The notes beneath the pieces were generated by a model. It ran no database searches, was not told where the DNA came from, and saw only the letters and a program-made list of their open reading frames with translations. The position numbers and the translations under genes were made by a program. DNA of 63,832 nt, from contig CM119265.1 of assembly GCA_051294375.1 (NCBI GenBank), forward strand, positions 62,169 to 126,000, given 5' to 3'. Source of the DNA: Paraspadella gotoi (taxonomy: Eukaryota; Animalia; Chaetognatha). Below are positions 22,785 to 33,456 of the stretch, in pieces. Within the stretch, counting starts at the first letter, position 1. Every line of letters begins with the position of its first letter.

Positions 22785-22889
22785 GGGTTAGTTGTTAGGG
22801 TTAGGGTTAGGGTTAGGTTAGGGTTAGGTTAGGGTTATTAGGGTTAGGGTTAGGGTTAGGGTTAGGGTTAGGGTTAGGGTTAGGTAGGG

Positions 22890-22943
<54 letters not shown>

Positions 22944-23212
22944 GGTTAGGGTTAGGGTTAGGGTTAGGGGTTAGGGTTAGGGTTAGGGTTAGGGTTAGGG
23001 TTAGGGTGTTAGGGGTTAGGGTTAGGGGGTTAGGGTTAGGGGTTAGGGTTAGGGTTAGGGTTAGGGTTAGGGTTAGGGTTAGGGTTAGGGTTAGGGTTAT
23101 GGGGTTAGGGTTAGGGTTAGGGTTAGGGGTTAGGGTTAGGGTTAGGGTTAGGGTTAGGGTTAGGGTTAGGGTTAGGGTTAGGTTAGGGTTAGGGTTAGGG
23201 TTAGGGTTAGGG

Positions 23213-23253
<41 letters not shown>

Positions 23254-23326
23254 GGTTAGGGTTAGGGTTAGGGTTAGGGTTAGGGTAGGGTTAGGGTTAG
23301 GGTTAGGGTTAGGGTTAGGGTTAGGG

Positions 23327-23367
<41 letters not shown>

Positions 23368-23418
23368 GGTTAGGGTTAGGGTTAGGGTTAGGGTTAGGGT
23401 TAGGGTTAGGGTTAGGGT
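22785..23418 (+). repeat. (TTAGGG)n tract 2
   Basis: tandem TTAGGG between two LTRs. Confidence 0.99.
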
Positions 23419-26130
23419 TTAGCCTTTGCCCTGGCACAAAAGTAATTTTATTAATTAATTTAATATATCGAATCACTTAGTAATGTTTATAATACTTATA
23501 TAACTTAATTTCGAATCTCCCTTAATTAATTTATATTTATAAATAACATGTCATCACCGGATTCGAACCTGCGACCTAAGTGATCCTAGGCCGCCGTCTT
23601 ACCGATTCTGCCATCGGGCACATTCTAACCTGAAAACACCCAAAACCTGGATTAATGTTATTAAGACTCTTTACTGACGGCCTTTTGTTTATATAGTCTA
23701 TCTCGATGGCCGCCAGTGCGTTAATACTTGAATCACAGTAGCACACGCTTTTAACTGTAGTTATTGGGAGATGATTCGATATTATCCAATTCCTGTTTTA
23801 ACCTCATGGTGCCAGGTTGTACAATACTACAACTGGTGGATCCCAACTTGAAAGAAAATAAAACCACCTTCTGAAATATTCTTAATGCAACCTATAGCTC
23901 GGTCAAAGCCTTAGATATACTTTTCCTTCACTAATTAGCCTGGCAAAACCTTTTTAACTCGGAATTCACCTAAACGACAAAAAGTCAAACCAAAGCATCA
24001 AAACAAACAAGAAGATGAATCCAGCAAACCGGGTGAACAACTTTTTCAACGGATTAATATTCTCCCTCAGAGGCAAGTCGCGAATTTAAAAGCTGTGATA
24101 GCCTTGCCGTATCTTCTCACCCTCTCCTTCTCTTTCTCTTTCCCTCAACCCTCCCGTCTCTCGACGAATGAGGTGGGACCTCGCGGCGGCACACTGTGCG
24201 CGCGCGGCGCCTTTTTTGCGCAGCTCAGGCGACGCCCCCCTCTCCACAATCCTCACGGACATTCGAATCAACTCGGCGCCTCCAGCTGGCATCGGCAGTT
24301 CGGTAAGAGGAAGGCGATCTCCCGCTTACATCGCCTTCCCAGTCGAATTTTCAATTCCGATCGACGCCCTCTAACACTGCAGAGATGCAGCAGCGCCAGC
24401 TCCAGACCCACAAACCGAAACTCGTCCGCACTCTCGCGTCGGACACTTGCAGCGTTCTACCAAGGAACTCTCTATCAAAAAAACAAAAGCTGCCAGACTT
24501 TGATCCAGAAAATGTCGAAACTCTGGATCCAGAGAGTGGAGGCAGCGTACACCTCGCGCTGTCGACGACGTCTCAAAGGAGAAATTTCGCGCACATGGAA
24601 GACAAAGTTCCCCGTCGACTTCAATCCTCGCGTAAACGCCTCTTGTTTGGGCGAGGCCAACGACGCACGCTGGACTTCATTCCTCACTAATCTCGATCAG
24701 AATATGGCCGCACTCACAGCAAGCGGCGTCACTAATCGACGGAACTCGTCGAGAAAATCGACGCCCATCTCAACTGCTAGCGACGATTGAAAGAGAAAGC
24801 AGGAAAAGTAAGTTCGAACGACATCTTGAAGGAACTGGCTTTCTCAGGGAACTTTCCTACTGAAGTTTCAACGCAGGCTTTGGCGGAGCGCGTCGAAACC
24901 GTGAGCGCCGGACCGCGCCAAATTTGCCGATGCATCTTTCGATCGTGACGGCAAACTCCTTCACTCAGCAGCGTCGGCGATGCAGCGTACCGCCATCGTC
25001 AATCCAATCACGCCTTCTCATGCCGACAAATCAACGATCTCAGACGACGTTCACGCCGTCAATCGACAGCGTCAATCTCAAACTCCTCGACGACCTAATA
25101 ACGCCTTTCGTCGCCCGACAAACGTCGACAGATCGTCGGGAGCTCAATCATCACAATTCAAAACATCACGAGTCGACATCTGTTTCTATCATAAAAATAT
25201 GGCGGACTCAGCAAAAAAATGTGAGCGGGCTGCGACAGATATCAATCGGAAAAACTCGAAGGGCCGGCGGGAGGAGGTGAATTCTATCCCGTCCGGCACC
25301 CATTAATCGATTCAAAAGATTTCACTCCTCTTTGTGCACGACGTCGACAATAAGCTCAAGTGGCTCTGTCGACGCCGGCCAAACAGTTTCCATCATTCCC
25401 CAACGAGAGACGAGAGGGAAAGAGGGATCTTCTACTAAACTCAAAGCCGCCAACGGCTCCCATATAGCCTGCCTATGGTTACCGGGACGTTGCAGATCCG
25501 CTCTGCAAGAGAATTTCCCTTTCACGGTAACAATAGCAGATGTTCACCCAACCCATCCTCGCGCATCAGACTTTCTGCCGAGCTTACTTAGCCCCCAACC
25601 ATCGCCGATGGTTTTTTTATTCGATCTGAAACGACTGTTAGTACAATTCCAGCCTCAAGGCCAACAAACAAAATTCCTATTCGAATTAACTTTGTCATCA
25701 GGCAGATGACCCATACTATTAAGCTCCTCGATACATATCACGACCTTTGGTACACTTCATTTCCAACCGACCGAGCCAAACATGGAGTCAGACACCATAT
25801 TCCCACAACAGGCCGTCCAGCTACAATCTAGAGCACGTCGCCTCGCTCCAGACAAATTAGAAGTCCCAGAAGGAATCGACAAACTTGACCTCGGCATCGC
25901 TCGCCGCGCCAAAAGTGAGTGGGCGTTCGCCTCTACTCGTTGGTAAATTAAACCCGACGGCGGTTTACAGAGTGGTGGTGGAGATTTCCGCCGCCTGAAT
26001 AATGCAACTATCGACGACAAAATTATTCCCGTCAAACTCTTTAACGACTTCAACGCGAACCTCTTGCTGGCAAAAAAGTATTCAGCAAGATCGATTTACT
26101 AAAAGGGGTATCATCAGATACCAGTCGCAG
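23419..26130 (+). mobile_element. 5' half of an A1-type element (LTR 23419-23831, PBS 23834, gag, start of pol); indel-rich sequence
   Basis: LTR matches 4209-4623; 25263-26130 matches window positions 1-857 with many indels. Confidence 0.85.
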
Positions 26131-26962
26131 AAATCTCTCTCTTCTTGATAATAATTTAACATAAGCTTTAACACCTTGTGTTAAAGGTTTAAACGAAATA
26201 ACGGATAAAAAGACGAATTAGTGAAACGTAACGGATTAATAAAGTGTAAAATTGGATCGAATAAAGTAATTTTCGATCGAGCGATCGAATAACGAGTAAT
26301 AATTTCGCCATGTTCCGCTTTGGGCGGAGTTAAACAGTTTGACGATGATTTAATGCACTGATGATTTTACTGATAGCTTCAGTATGTATACGAGGTTGGC
26401 GTTGGTTACAATAAATATTTACATTGCATAATAACGATTAAAGGAATCGTTTTAAAAGTTTTGAAAATACAGGTTTTACAGCGTTGAGTTAAGATAAGTT
26501 TGTGAACAGACTGACCCGTTTAAATTCGAGTTGAAGTTAGTTCCGGATTCTTGATTTGATGTAGGACGTGGGCCANNNNNNNNNNTACAGCGTTGAGTTA
26601 AAATAAGTTTGTGAACAGACTGACCCGTTTATATTCGAGTTGAAGTTAGTTCCGGATCCTTGATTTGATGTAGAACGTGGGCCAGTACCGCTGCATAAGA
26701 GCGGCGGTTAGCGTTGACGCTCGGCGGTGGGCGTGGCCCAGGGCGGAAAGAAAAATTTTCGGGGGTAGGTTTTGAGAATCTTGAGGGGGGAAAAGGGAAT
26801 CTTGGAGGTTGACCCGACTCATTAGGATTTGACGTCGCTGGCGGATCATTTCCGGATTCGTTGTTATCGTTCTCCTCGTTGTTGTTGTTGTTCTCGCTTT
26901 CATTTCTCCCTTTGTTTACATTTTCATTTCGATTGTTTACGTTTGTGTTTAAAGGGGGAAAT

Positions 26963-29900
26963 TCAGAGAAGGAAAGCGAGTTTGGGGATGAAACTTGGGG
27001 AGGTGGTGCGGGGGGAAGGTTGGGTTGGGGGGAGGGGGAAGGAGGAGGAGGAGGAGGAGGAGGAGGAGGAGGAGGAGGAGGAGAGGAGACGGTATAGCGT
27101 CGGTAAAGGATTCGAATTTAAATTTGAGTTTGAGCGAAGGATTCTTGACGACGGAGGCGGTTGACGGGTTCGAATGCCGGGGCGTCGGCCCGGCGGAGGC
27201 GGAGAGGGGGGAGGCGAAGGCGTTCGAGGCGGGTCTGCGTCATTAGAGGCGTCGTCGCTAGCTTCGAAAGCGGGTTTAAGGCGTGATATCGAAATGTTTT
27301 CGTTGCCTCTGCCTGGAATCGCGATTTTGAATACGAGGTCGTCGCGAGAGATGACGCGATAGGGGCCGAGGTAAGGCGCCGAGAGAGACGTTGCCACGCC
27401 CCCTCGACGGACGAAGACGTGAGAGGCGCGACGCAAAGCTTCTGGGAGATGCACATGGGGTTGTCGATGGGTTGAGGTTTGAGTCGGCTGTAGTCGAGCT
27501 ACCTCTAAGCGTAGATGGGCCAGCGTGCGTCGACGTTGAGTGCGTTCCGCGGCGTCACTTCCGGTTTGTGCTGAAACGAGGTCGCCGGGGACTGCGATAG
27601 CTTCGCCGAAGACTAGTTCGGCTGGAGTAGCGTCGACGTCGGGTTTTAAGGTAGTTCGAATGGCCAGTAAGGCACAGGGGAGGCGCCAATACCAATCGCC
27701 GTTGGTATCCGCGCCGAGGGCGATTAGCGATTCCTTTAAACGGCGATGAAATCGCTCGACCAAGCCGTTTGACTGGGGATGATACGGCGTGGTGAGGTTA
27801 TGGTTAATTCCCCAGGAGGATAGGAGTTGGCGCCATGTTGCTGATAGAAACTGAGACCCGCGGTCTGTCGTTACTGTCGCTGGAACGCCGAATGTCGAGA
27901 TCCAGCCATGGACGAAGGCGTCAGCGACGGTCTTGGCCTGAATGTCCTTCATTGGGACCGCTATTGGCCAACGAGTGAAACGGTCGACTGCGGTCAAGAC
28001 GTAATTGAATCCATTCGATGGTGGGAGGCTGACGATGTCGATGTGGATATGACTAAAACGTTTGTCGGGCAATTCGAATATGCCGATTTCGGGGATCGTG
28101 TTACGAACGACTTTGGCGCGTTGGCAGTCTTGGCATTCTCGAGCCCATCTGGACACATCGGCGCGCATTGACGGCCAAACAAATTTGTCGGAGACGGTTT
28201 GGCGCGTCCTCTCGACGCCGGGATGGCCCAGATTATGAATTGTCTCGAAAACGCGTCGACGCCACGAGAAGGGAACGAAAGGTCTTGGTGGGCCGTTGCT
28301 AACGTCGACGGTGATCGTTGTAGCGCCTAGAGGGAGTTGACGGAAGCGTAGCCCTGATGAAGAGTCGTTCGAAATTCGTTGAAAATCCGCGTCGAGTGGT
28401 TGATCAGCTGCTAGCTTTTCCAGATCTAATCCGTGCTGAAAGATTGAGAATGCAAGCTGTTCGACGAGCTGTTGCTTTGCTGCGGGGATTTCTTTATTGA
28501 TCGAGGCGACTATGGGGGGAGGGTTCGGTTTGGGGGCAGAGAAAGAGGGGAAGAGAGGTTGGGGGGTGGGAGAGGGTGGAGGGGAGAGAGGAGGAGGGTT
28601 GGGGTCCGGATTTTTCTCGGCGTTGGGGCGTGACAGCGAATCAGCGACGACATTTGCTTTTCCGGCGAGATATTGTATATCCGTTGTATATTCGGCTATG
28701 CCGGCGAGTTGGTAAGTCTGTCGTGCTGTCTGTGGTTCTGTCTTTTTGGCGAGAGCGGGTACAAGGGATTTATGATCCGTGTACAAGGTGAAGTTGCGAC
28801 CTTCGACCATCATTTTAAAATGACGAACTGCTCGCCAGGCGGCCAGCAGCTCACGGTCAAAGGGAGGCCAGAGCTGTTGGTTTTTTTGTAGCTTAGCCGA
28901 AAAAAATGCTAGGGGCTCCCAGCCCTTGGGTCCTCGCTGCTCTAGCACGGCGCCAATTGCCGTGTTGGAGGCGTCTGATGTTATGGCTAACGGAGCTCCT
29001 GGACGAGGGTGACGAAGCATTGCTGCTTGTGAGAGGGCGTTTTTAATTGATTCGAATGCTTGTTGGCAATCTGGCGTCCAATTTAAAACGCGTGGCCTCG
29101 ATTTTGATTTTAACGCCTCGAAGAGGGGATAGAGGTGATGCGCAGACCTGGGGATAAATCGTCGGTAATAATTGACGAGGCCCAGGAATCTTTGCAGCTC
29201 CTTTATCGTTGTCGGAGGCGTTGTTTCGTTGATCGCAGCAACTCGGTCGGGGAGTGGAGATATGCCGTTGGCGTCGACTCGGTAGCCGAGGAAGTCGAGT
29301 TCAGATTTCCCTAAGACGCATTTTTGTCGATTCACGACAAGGCCGTTCTGGTGTAGAGTGTCGAAAACCTGACGGAGATGCTCCTCATGCTGCTGGTGGT
29401 TTTCCGAGGCGACCAAGATATCGTCGATGTAGACGAATAAGAATGGAAGTCCGTCGAGGATCTCGTCCATAAGACGCTGAAAGTCTTGACCAGCGTTTTT
29501 AAGCCCGAACGGAGTACGTGGGAAGACGTACAGTCCGAACGGGGTTATAACGCCGGTCTTGGCGATGTCCTCTTCGGCGACGGGTATCTGGTGATATCCT
29601 TTTAGTAAATCGATTTTACTAAATACCCGTTTTCCACTCAGATTGGCGTTGAAGTCGTTAAGCGTCTTGACTGGATATTTATCATCGATGGTCGCGTTGT
29701 TGAGTCGGCGGAAGTCTCCGCAGACTCGATAGCCGCCGTCCGGCTTATTCACGACTAAGAGAGGCGACGCCCACTCGCTTTTAGCGCGGCGAGCGATTCC
29801 AAGGTCGCAGAGTTTATCCAATTCTTTCTTGGCGACTTCGAGTTTATCTGGGGCCAGTCGTCGAGCTCGAGATTGCACTGGCCTGCCAGTAGTAGGTATG

Positions 29901-30415
29901 TAATGCTTCACACCGTGTTTGGGTTCAGTAGGTTGAAATGAGGGGGTGCACAGGTTATGGTAAGTGTCTAAAAGCTTATAATATGGGTCGTCTGTTTGTT
30001 CAACGAAATTAACTCTAATGGGATGCTGTTTGTTAGCCTTCGATGCAGCAATGGTGCTGTAATCGCGCAGATCAATTAAAAAACCATCACGATGGTTGGG
30101 GGCAAGGTAATGCTCAGCTAGGAAGTCCGAGCCGAGTATTGGTTGAGTGACGTCTGCAATGGTTACTATGAAGGCGAATGTGCGCCTTCCGAGACGGATC
30201 TGGACATCTTTGTAACCAAAACAGGAGATAGGGGAGCCGTTTGCGGCTTTAAGTTTTGTTTTGTTTTCTCCATTTTCCCGCTCGCGCCTAGTTGGGGGTA
30301 TAATGGAGACCGTGGCTCCGCCGTCGACGAGCCAATTGAGTTTATTCTCGGCGTCGTGGACGAACAGGAGTGAATCTTTTGAATTGATGACTTGGCCGGT
30401 CGGGATGGCGTTCAC
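26963..30415 (-). CDS. pol: Pol of A3 (1150 aa; tail shifts frame at the CCT run and continues to about 26640)
   Basis: single ORF with PR, RT (YIDD), RNase H, IN and GPY motifs. Confidence 0.95.
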   Translation of the reverse strand: MNAIPTGQVINSKDSLLFVHDAENKLNWLVDGGATVSIIPPTRRERENGENKTKLKAANGSPISCFGYKDVQIRLGRRTFAFIVTIADVTQPILGSDFLAEHYLAPNHRDGFLIDLRDYSTIAASKANKQHPIRVNFVEQTDDPYYKLLDTYHNLCTPSFQPTEPKHGVKHYIPTTGRPVQSRARRLAPDKLEVAKKELDKLCDLGIARRAKSEWASPLLVVNKPDGGYRVCGDFRRLNNATIDDKYPVKTLNDFNANLSGKRVFSKIDLLKGYHQIPVAEEDIAKTGVITPFGLYVFPRTPFGLKNAGQDFQRLMDEILDGLPFLFVYIDDILVASENHQQHEEHLRQVFDTLHQNGLVVNRQKCVLGKSELDFLGYRVDANGISPLPDRVAAINETTPPTTIKELQRFLGLVNYYRRFIPRSAHHLYPLFEALKSKSRPRVLNWTPDCQQAFESIKNALSQAAMLRHPRPGAPLAITSDASNTAIGAVLEQRGPKGWEPLAFFSAKLQKNQQLWPPFDRELLAAWRAVRHFKMMVEGRNFTLYTDHKSLVPALAKKTEPQTARQTYQLAGIAEYTTDIQYLAGKANVVADSLSRPNAEKNPDPNPPPLSPPPSPTPQPLFPSFSAPKPNPPPIVASINKEIPAAKQQLVEQLAFSIFQHGLDLEKLAADQPLDADFQRISNDSSSGLRFRQLPLGATTITVDVSNGPPRPFVPFSWRRRVFETIHNLGHPGVERTRQTVSDKFVWPSMRADVSRWARECQDCQRAKVVRNTIPEIGIFELPDKRFSHIHIDIVSLPPSNGFNYVLTAVDRFTRWPIAVPMKDIQAKTVADAFVHGWISTFGVPATVTTDRGSQFLSATWRQLLSSWGINHNLTTPYHPQSNGLVERFHRRLKESLIALGADTNGDWYWRLPCALLAIRTTLKPDVDATPAELVFGEAIAVPGDLVSAQTGSDAAERTQRRRTLAHLRLEVARLQPTQTSTHRQPHVHLPEALRRASHVFVRRGGVATSLSAPYLGPYRVISRDDLVFKIAIPGRGNENISISRLKPAFEASDDASNDADPPRTPSPPPSPPPPGRRPGIRTRQPPPSSRILRSNSNLNSNPLPTLYRLLSSSSSSSSSSSSSSFPLPPTQPSPRTTSPSFIPKLAFLL

Positions 30416-31491
30416 TTCCTCCCGCCGGCCTTTCCGTTTTCCTGCTGATAGCGATAGCAGCCTTGATCACAGTTTTTTGCTGCATCGCCGAATTTGCGAT
30501 GGTAGTAGCAAACGTCGACTCGCGTGGTCTTCTGTTGATGCTTAGAGGCGTTGCTCGGTACCTTGTCGGCGATCACCGGCCGTCTGGCGCTGCTGAAGGG
30601 TCGGCGAGTGAATTGACCTTGTTTTTGGCGGTTGACGGCGTTGACGTCGTCGCTCGACGATATTTCCTCTTGCATCAGGGGAGTGATAGACGGGTTGACG
30701 TTTTGTATCGCGCTGGAGGTTGCTGAGTGGAGCAGCTGGCCGTCTCGATCGAAGTAGGCGTCGGCGAATTTCGCCGCCGCCTCGGCGTCGACGATTTCGA
30801 CCCGCTCGGCGAGGCTGCGCTGTATCTCCGGAGGGAGCTCTCTCAACAAAAGCTCTTTTAATATGTCGTCCACTGTGACCTTGCCTGCTTTCTCCTTCAT
30901 AATGGCGAGAAGTTGCGAAGGGCGTCGGCCGTCTCGACGGGTGCCGTCGATGAGAGAGGCGGCCTGCTGTGATCGTGTGCGTCCATATTCCTCGCGCAGG
31001 TAGCTGAGGAATTCATTCCAACGAGCGTCGGTAGCCTCGCCGAAGAGGAAGGAGTTAATTCGAGGATTGAAGTCGACAGTGAATTTGTCTTCGAGATGCG
31101 CAAATTTTTCTCGAGCTGAGGTCGTGCCGGCGCGGAGATAGGCTGCTTCGATGCGTTGAATCCACAGCTCTACGTTTTCTGAGTCGAAGTCGGGCAGCTT
31201 CGGTTTTTTGAGCGACATGTTCTGGAATGAAGCTGTGAGCGTTGATGCGAGGGCGCGGACAAGCTCCGCTTGTGGATCAGGCGTTGGAGCTGACGCCATC
31301 ACTGTTGGCGTCGTCGGGAAATCGAAATTCGGTTGGGAGGCGTCCGACGTTGGCGAGCGGCGTCCTCTACCGAAACCGAGGAGAGGTGGAGGCGCGAGGT
31401 GACTAGCGTGGTCGTGAAGAGGCGCAGCGGCGTCGTCGGAGGCGTTAGGTGGCGCTGCGCGTGCGCGAGTGCTCCGGGCTGGTCCACTCAT
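30412..31491 (-). CDS. gag: Gag of A3
   Basis: starts MSGPA like the other family A copies; CYYHRKFGDAAKNCDQGC. Confidence 0.92.
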   Translation of the reverse strand: MSGPARSTRARAAPPNASDDAAAPLHDHASHLAPPPLLGFGRGRRSPTSDASQPNFDFPTTPTVMASAPTPDPQAELVRALASTLTASFQNMSLKKPKLPDFDSENVELWIQRIEAAYLRAGTTSAREKFAHLEDKFTVDFNPRINSFLFGEATDARWNEFLSYLREEYGRTRSQQAASLIDGTRRDGRRPSQLLAIMKEKAGKVTVDDILKELLLRELPPEIQRSLAERVEIVDAEAAAKFADAYFDRDGQLLHSATSSAIQNVNPSITPLMQEEISSSDDVNAVNRQKQGQFTRRPFSSARRPVIADKVPSNASKHQQKTTRVDVCYYHRKFGDAAKNCDQGCYRYQQENGKAGGRK

Positions 31492-31841
31492 TCGATGGGG
31501 TTGATTTGGCGGAAATAAAAAGGAGAGAGAGATGTGGTGAACGGTAGGCAAGATATTTCAGCCTAATTATTCGCAAGACTTGCCTACCTGAGGAAAAAAC
31601 CTCTGGAGCGTCCACGTGGGTCCCGTTGCATTTGCTTCAGCGTCTTGAGATGATGTTGATTTTATTTGATTTGAATTGACAATTCGAGGCATTCGAAATT
31701 TGCTTTTAGAGAGATTCAAGGCTAGTTTGTGTGAAAAAGTATTTCTAAGGCTTACTGTTAGCACGTGGGAGGCAGCAGGCTTGGATTTAGCGTCAGAAGG
31801 TTGGATTTAGTTCAAGTTGGGCTCACCAGTTGTAGAGGTGA

Positions 31842-32590
31842 GATGGGGGAGGGGAAGGAGGAGGGGGATTAGGATCTGGATTCTTTCGGCGTTTGGGCGT
31901 GACAGCGAATCAGCGACGACGTTTGCCTTGCCGGCGAGATATTGAATGTCCGTTGTAAATTCGGCTATGCCGGCGAGTTTGGTAGGTCTGTCGTGCTGTG
32001 TGCGTTCTGTTTTTCTTCGCTAAGGCCGCACGAGGGATTTGTGATCCGTGTAGAGGGTAAAGTTGCGGCCTTCGACCATCATTTTAAATGGCGACTGCTC
32101 GCCAGGCGGCGAGGAGCTCGCGTCGAAAGGCGGCCATAGCTGTTGATTTTTTGAGTTTTGCCGAAAAAAATGCTAGTGGTTCCCAGCCTTTGGGACCACG
32201 CTGCTCCAGAACAGCGCCTATTGCAGTGTTGGAAGCGTCTGAGTTATGCTAACGGAGCTCCTGGCGAGGATGTCGAAGCATAGCTGCTTGAGAAAGGGCA
32301 TCTTGATTGACTCAAAGGCTTGTTGGCAATCTGGAGTCCAGTTCAGTACCGTGGCTTCGTCTTGCATTTGAGGGCCTCGAAAAGAGGATAAAGGTGATGG
32401 CTGATCTCGGACGAAGCGTCGATAGTAATTGACGAGTCCTAGAAATCGTTGCAGCTCCTTTATCGTTGTAGGCGGCGTCGTCTTGTTGATGGCGACGACT
32501 CTGTCGGGAAGTGGAGATATGCCATTGGCATCGACTCTGTAGCCGAGGAAGTCGAGGCCAGGTTTTCCAAAACGCACTTCTGTCGATTTA
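31842..32590 (-). other. indel-rich duplicate of the A4 RT/RNase H region; likely assembly artefact
   Basis: follows about 34966-35730 with deletions; sits where an LTR is expected. Confidence 0.75.
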
Positions 32591-33031
32591 CCACCGAGAA
32601 AATATTTTGCCTTTGTAAGTTTAAATTTGAGTTTCGATAGATTCGTTTCGACTTTAACGCTTTGAGTTAAAGAAATTTGTAAACATATAACTTTTGTAAA
32701 AGTAAAAATAGGGATCCAGTCGCGAAAAATAAATTCGATTTAACAATCGAACAACAGGGGAAAATAATTGACTTAATTATCGAGTAAAAGGGGAAAATAT
32801 TCGCCAGGCTCCGATATTATCGGAGTTAACAATTTAAATAGTGATGATTTGTGATAGTGATGATATTACTGAAGTATTCAGTATTCGTACGAGATTGACG
32901 TTGACGTTTTAACGGTTTGATAATATTTACAACGTAATAAACGATTAAAGGAATCGTTTTAAAGTTTTGAAAATACAAGTTTGATAGTGTTGAATTAGAA
33001 TAAGTTTGTGAAATGACTGACCCGTTCACGT

Positions 33032-33424
33032 TCAGTTTGAAGTTGGTTCTGTATTATCCAGATGGCGCAGGACGTGGGCCAGGACCGCTGCGTATGAGCG
33101 GCGAGTTGAGTTGACGCTCGGAGGTGGGCGTGGCGCCGCGCGGAAAGAAAAATTTTCGGGGGTAGGTTTGGAGAATCTTGAGGGGAAAGGGACAGGTTTT
33201 GGAGCTTGACCCGGCTCGATAGGACTCGGCGTCGCTGGCGGATCGTTTCCACGCTCGTTGTCGTTGTTCTCCCTGTCGTTGTTGTTGTTCTCGCTTTCGC
33301 TTCTCTCTTTGTTTACATTTTTTCCGCGATTGTTTACATTTATGTTTAACGGGGGAAATTCAGATAAGGAGAGCGAATTCGGAGCTGATATTTGGGGAGG
33401 TGGTGCGGGGGGAGGTTGGGTTGA

Positions 33425-33456
<32 letters not shown>

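Larger units (their letters stand above)
26131..31841 (-). mobile_element. Ty3/Gypsy element, family A copy A3 (LTRs missing except an 11-bp stub)
   Basis: PBS ending at 31828, LTR stub 31831-31841, gag, pol, 3' UTR. Confidence 0.92.

Noticed and set aside
23006-23422. VRVRVR / GLGLGL ORFs (also 4563-4745 and 63140-63331)
   Set aside because: These are translations of the telomeric repeat; starts and frame changes come from variant units.
26477-26683. Tandem duplication of about 100 bp in the A3 3' region
   Set aside because: The copies flank a 10-N break, typical of a gap-closure artefact.
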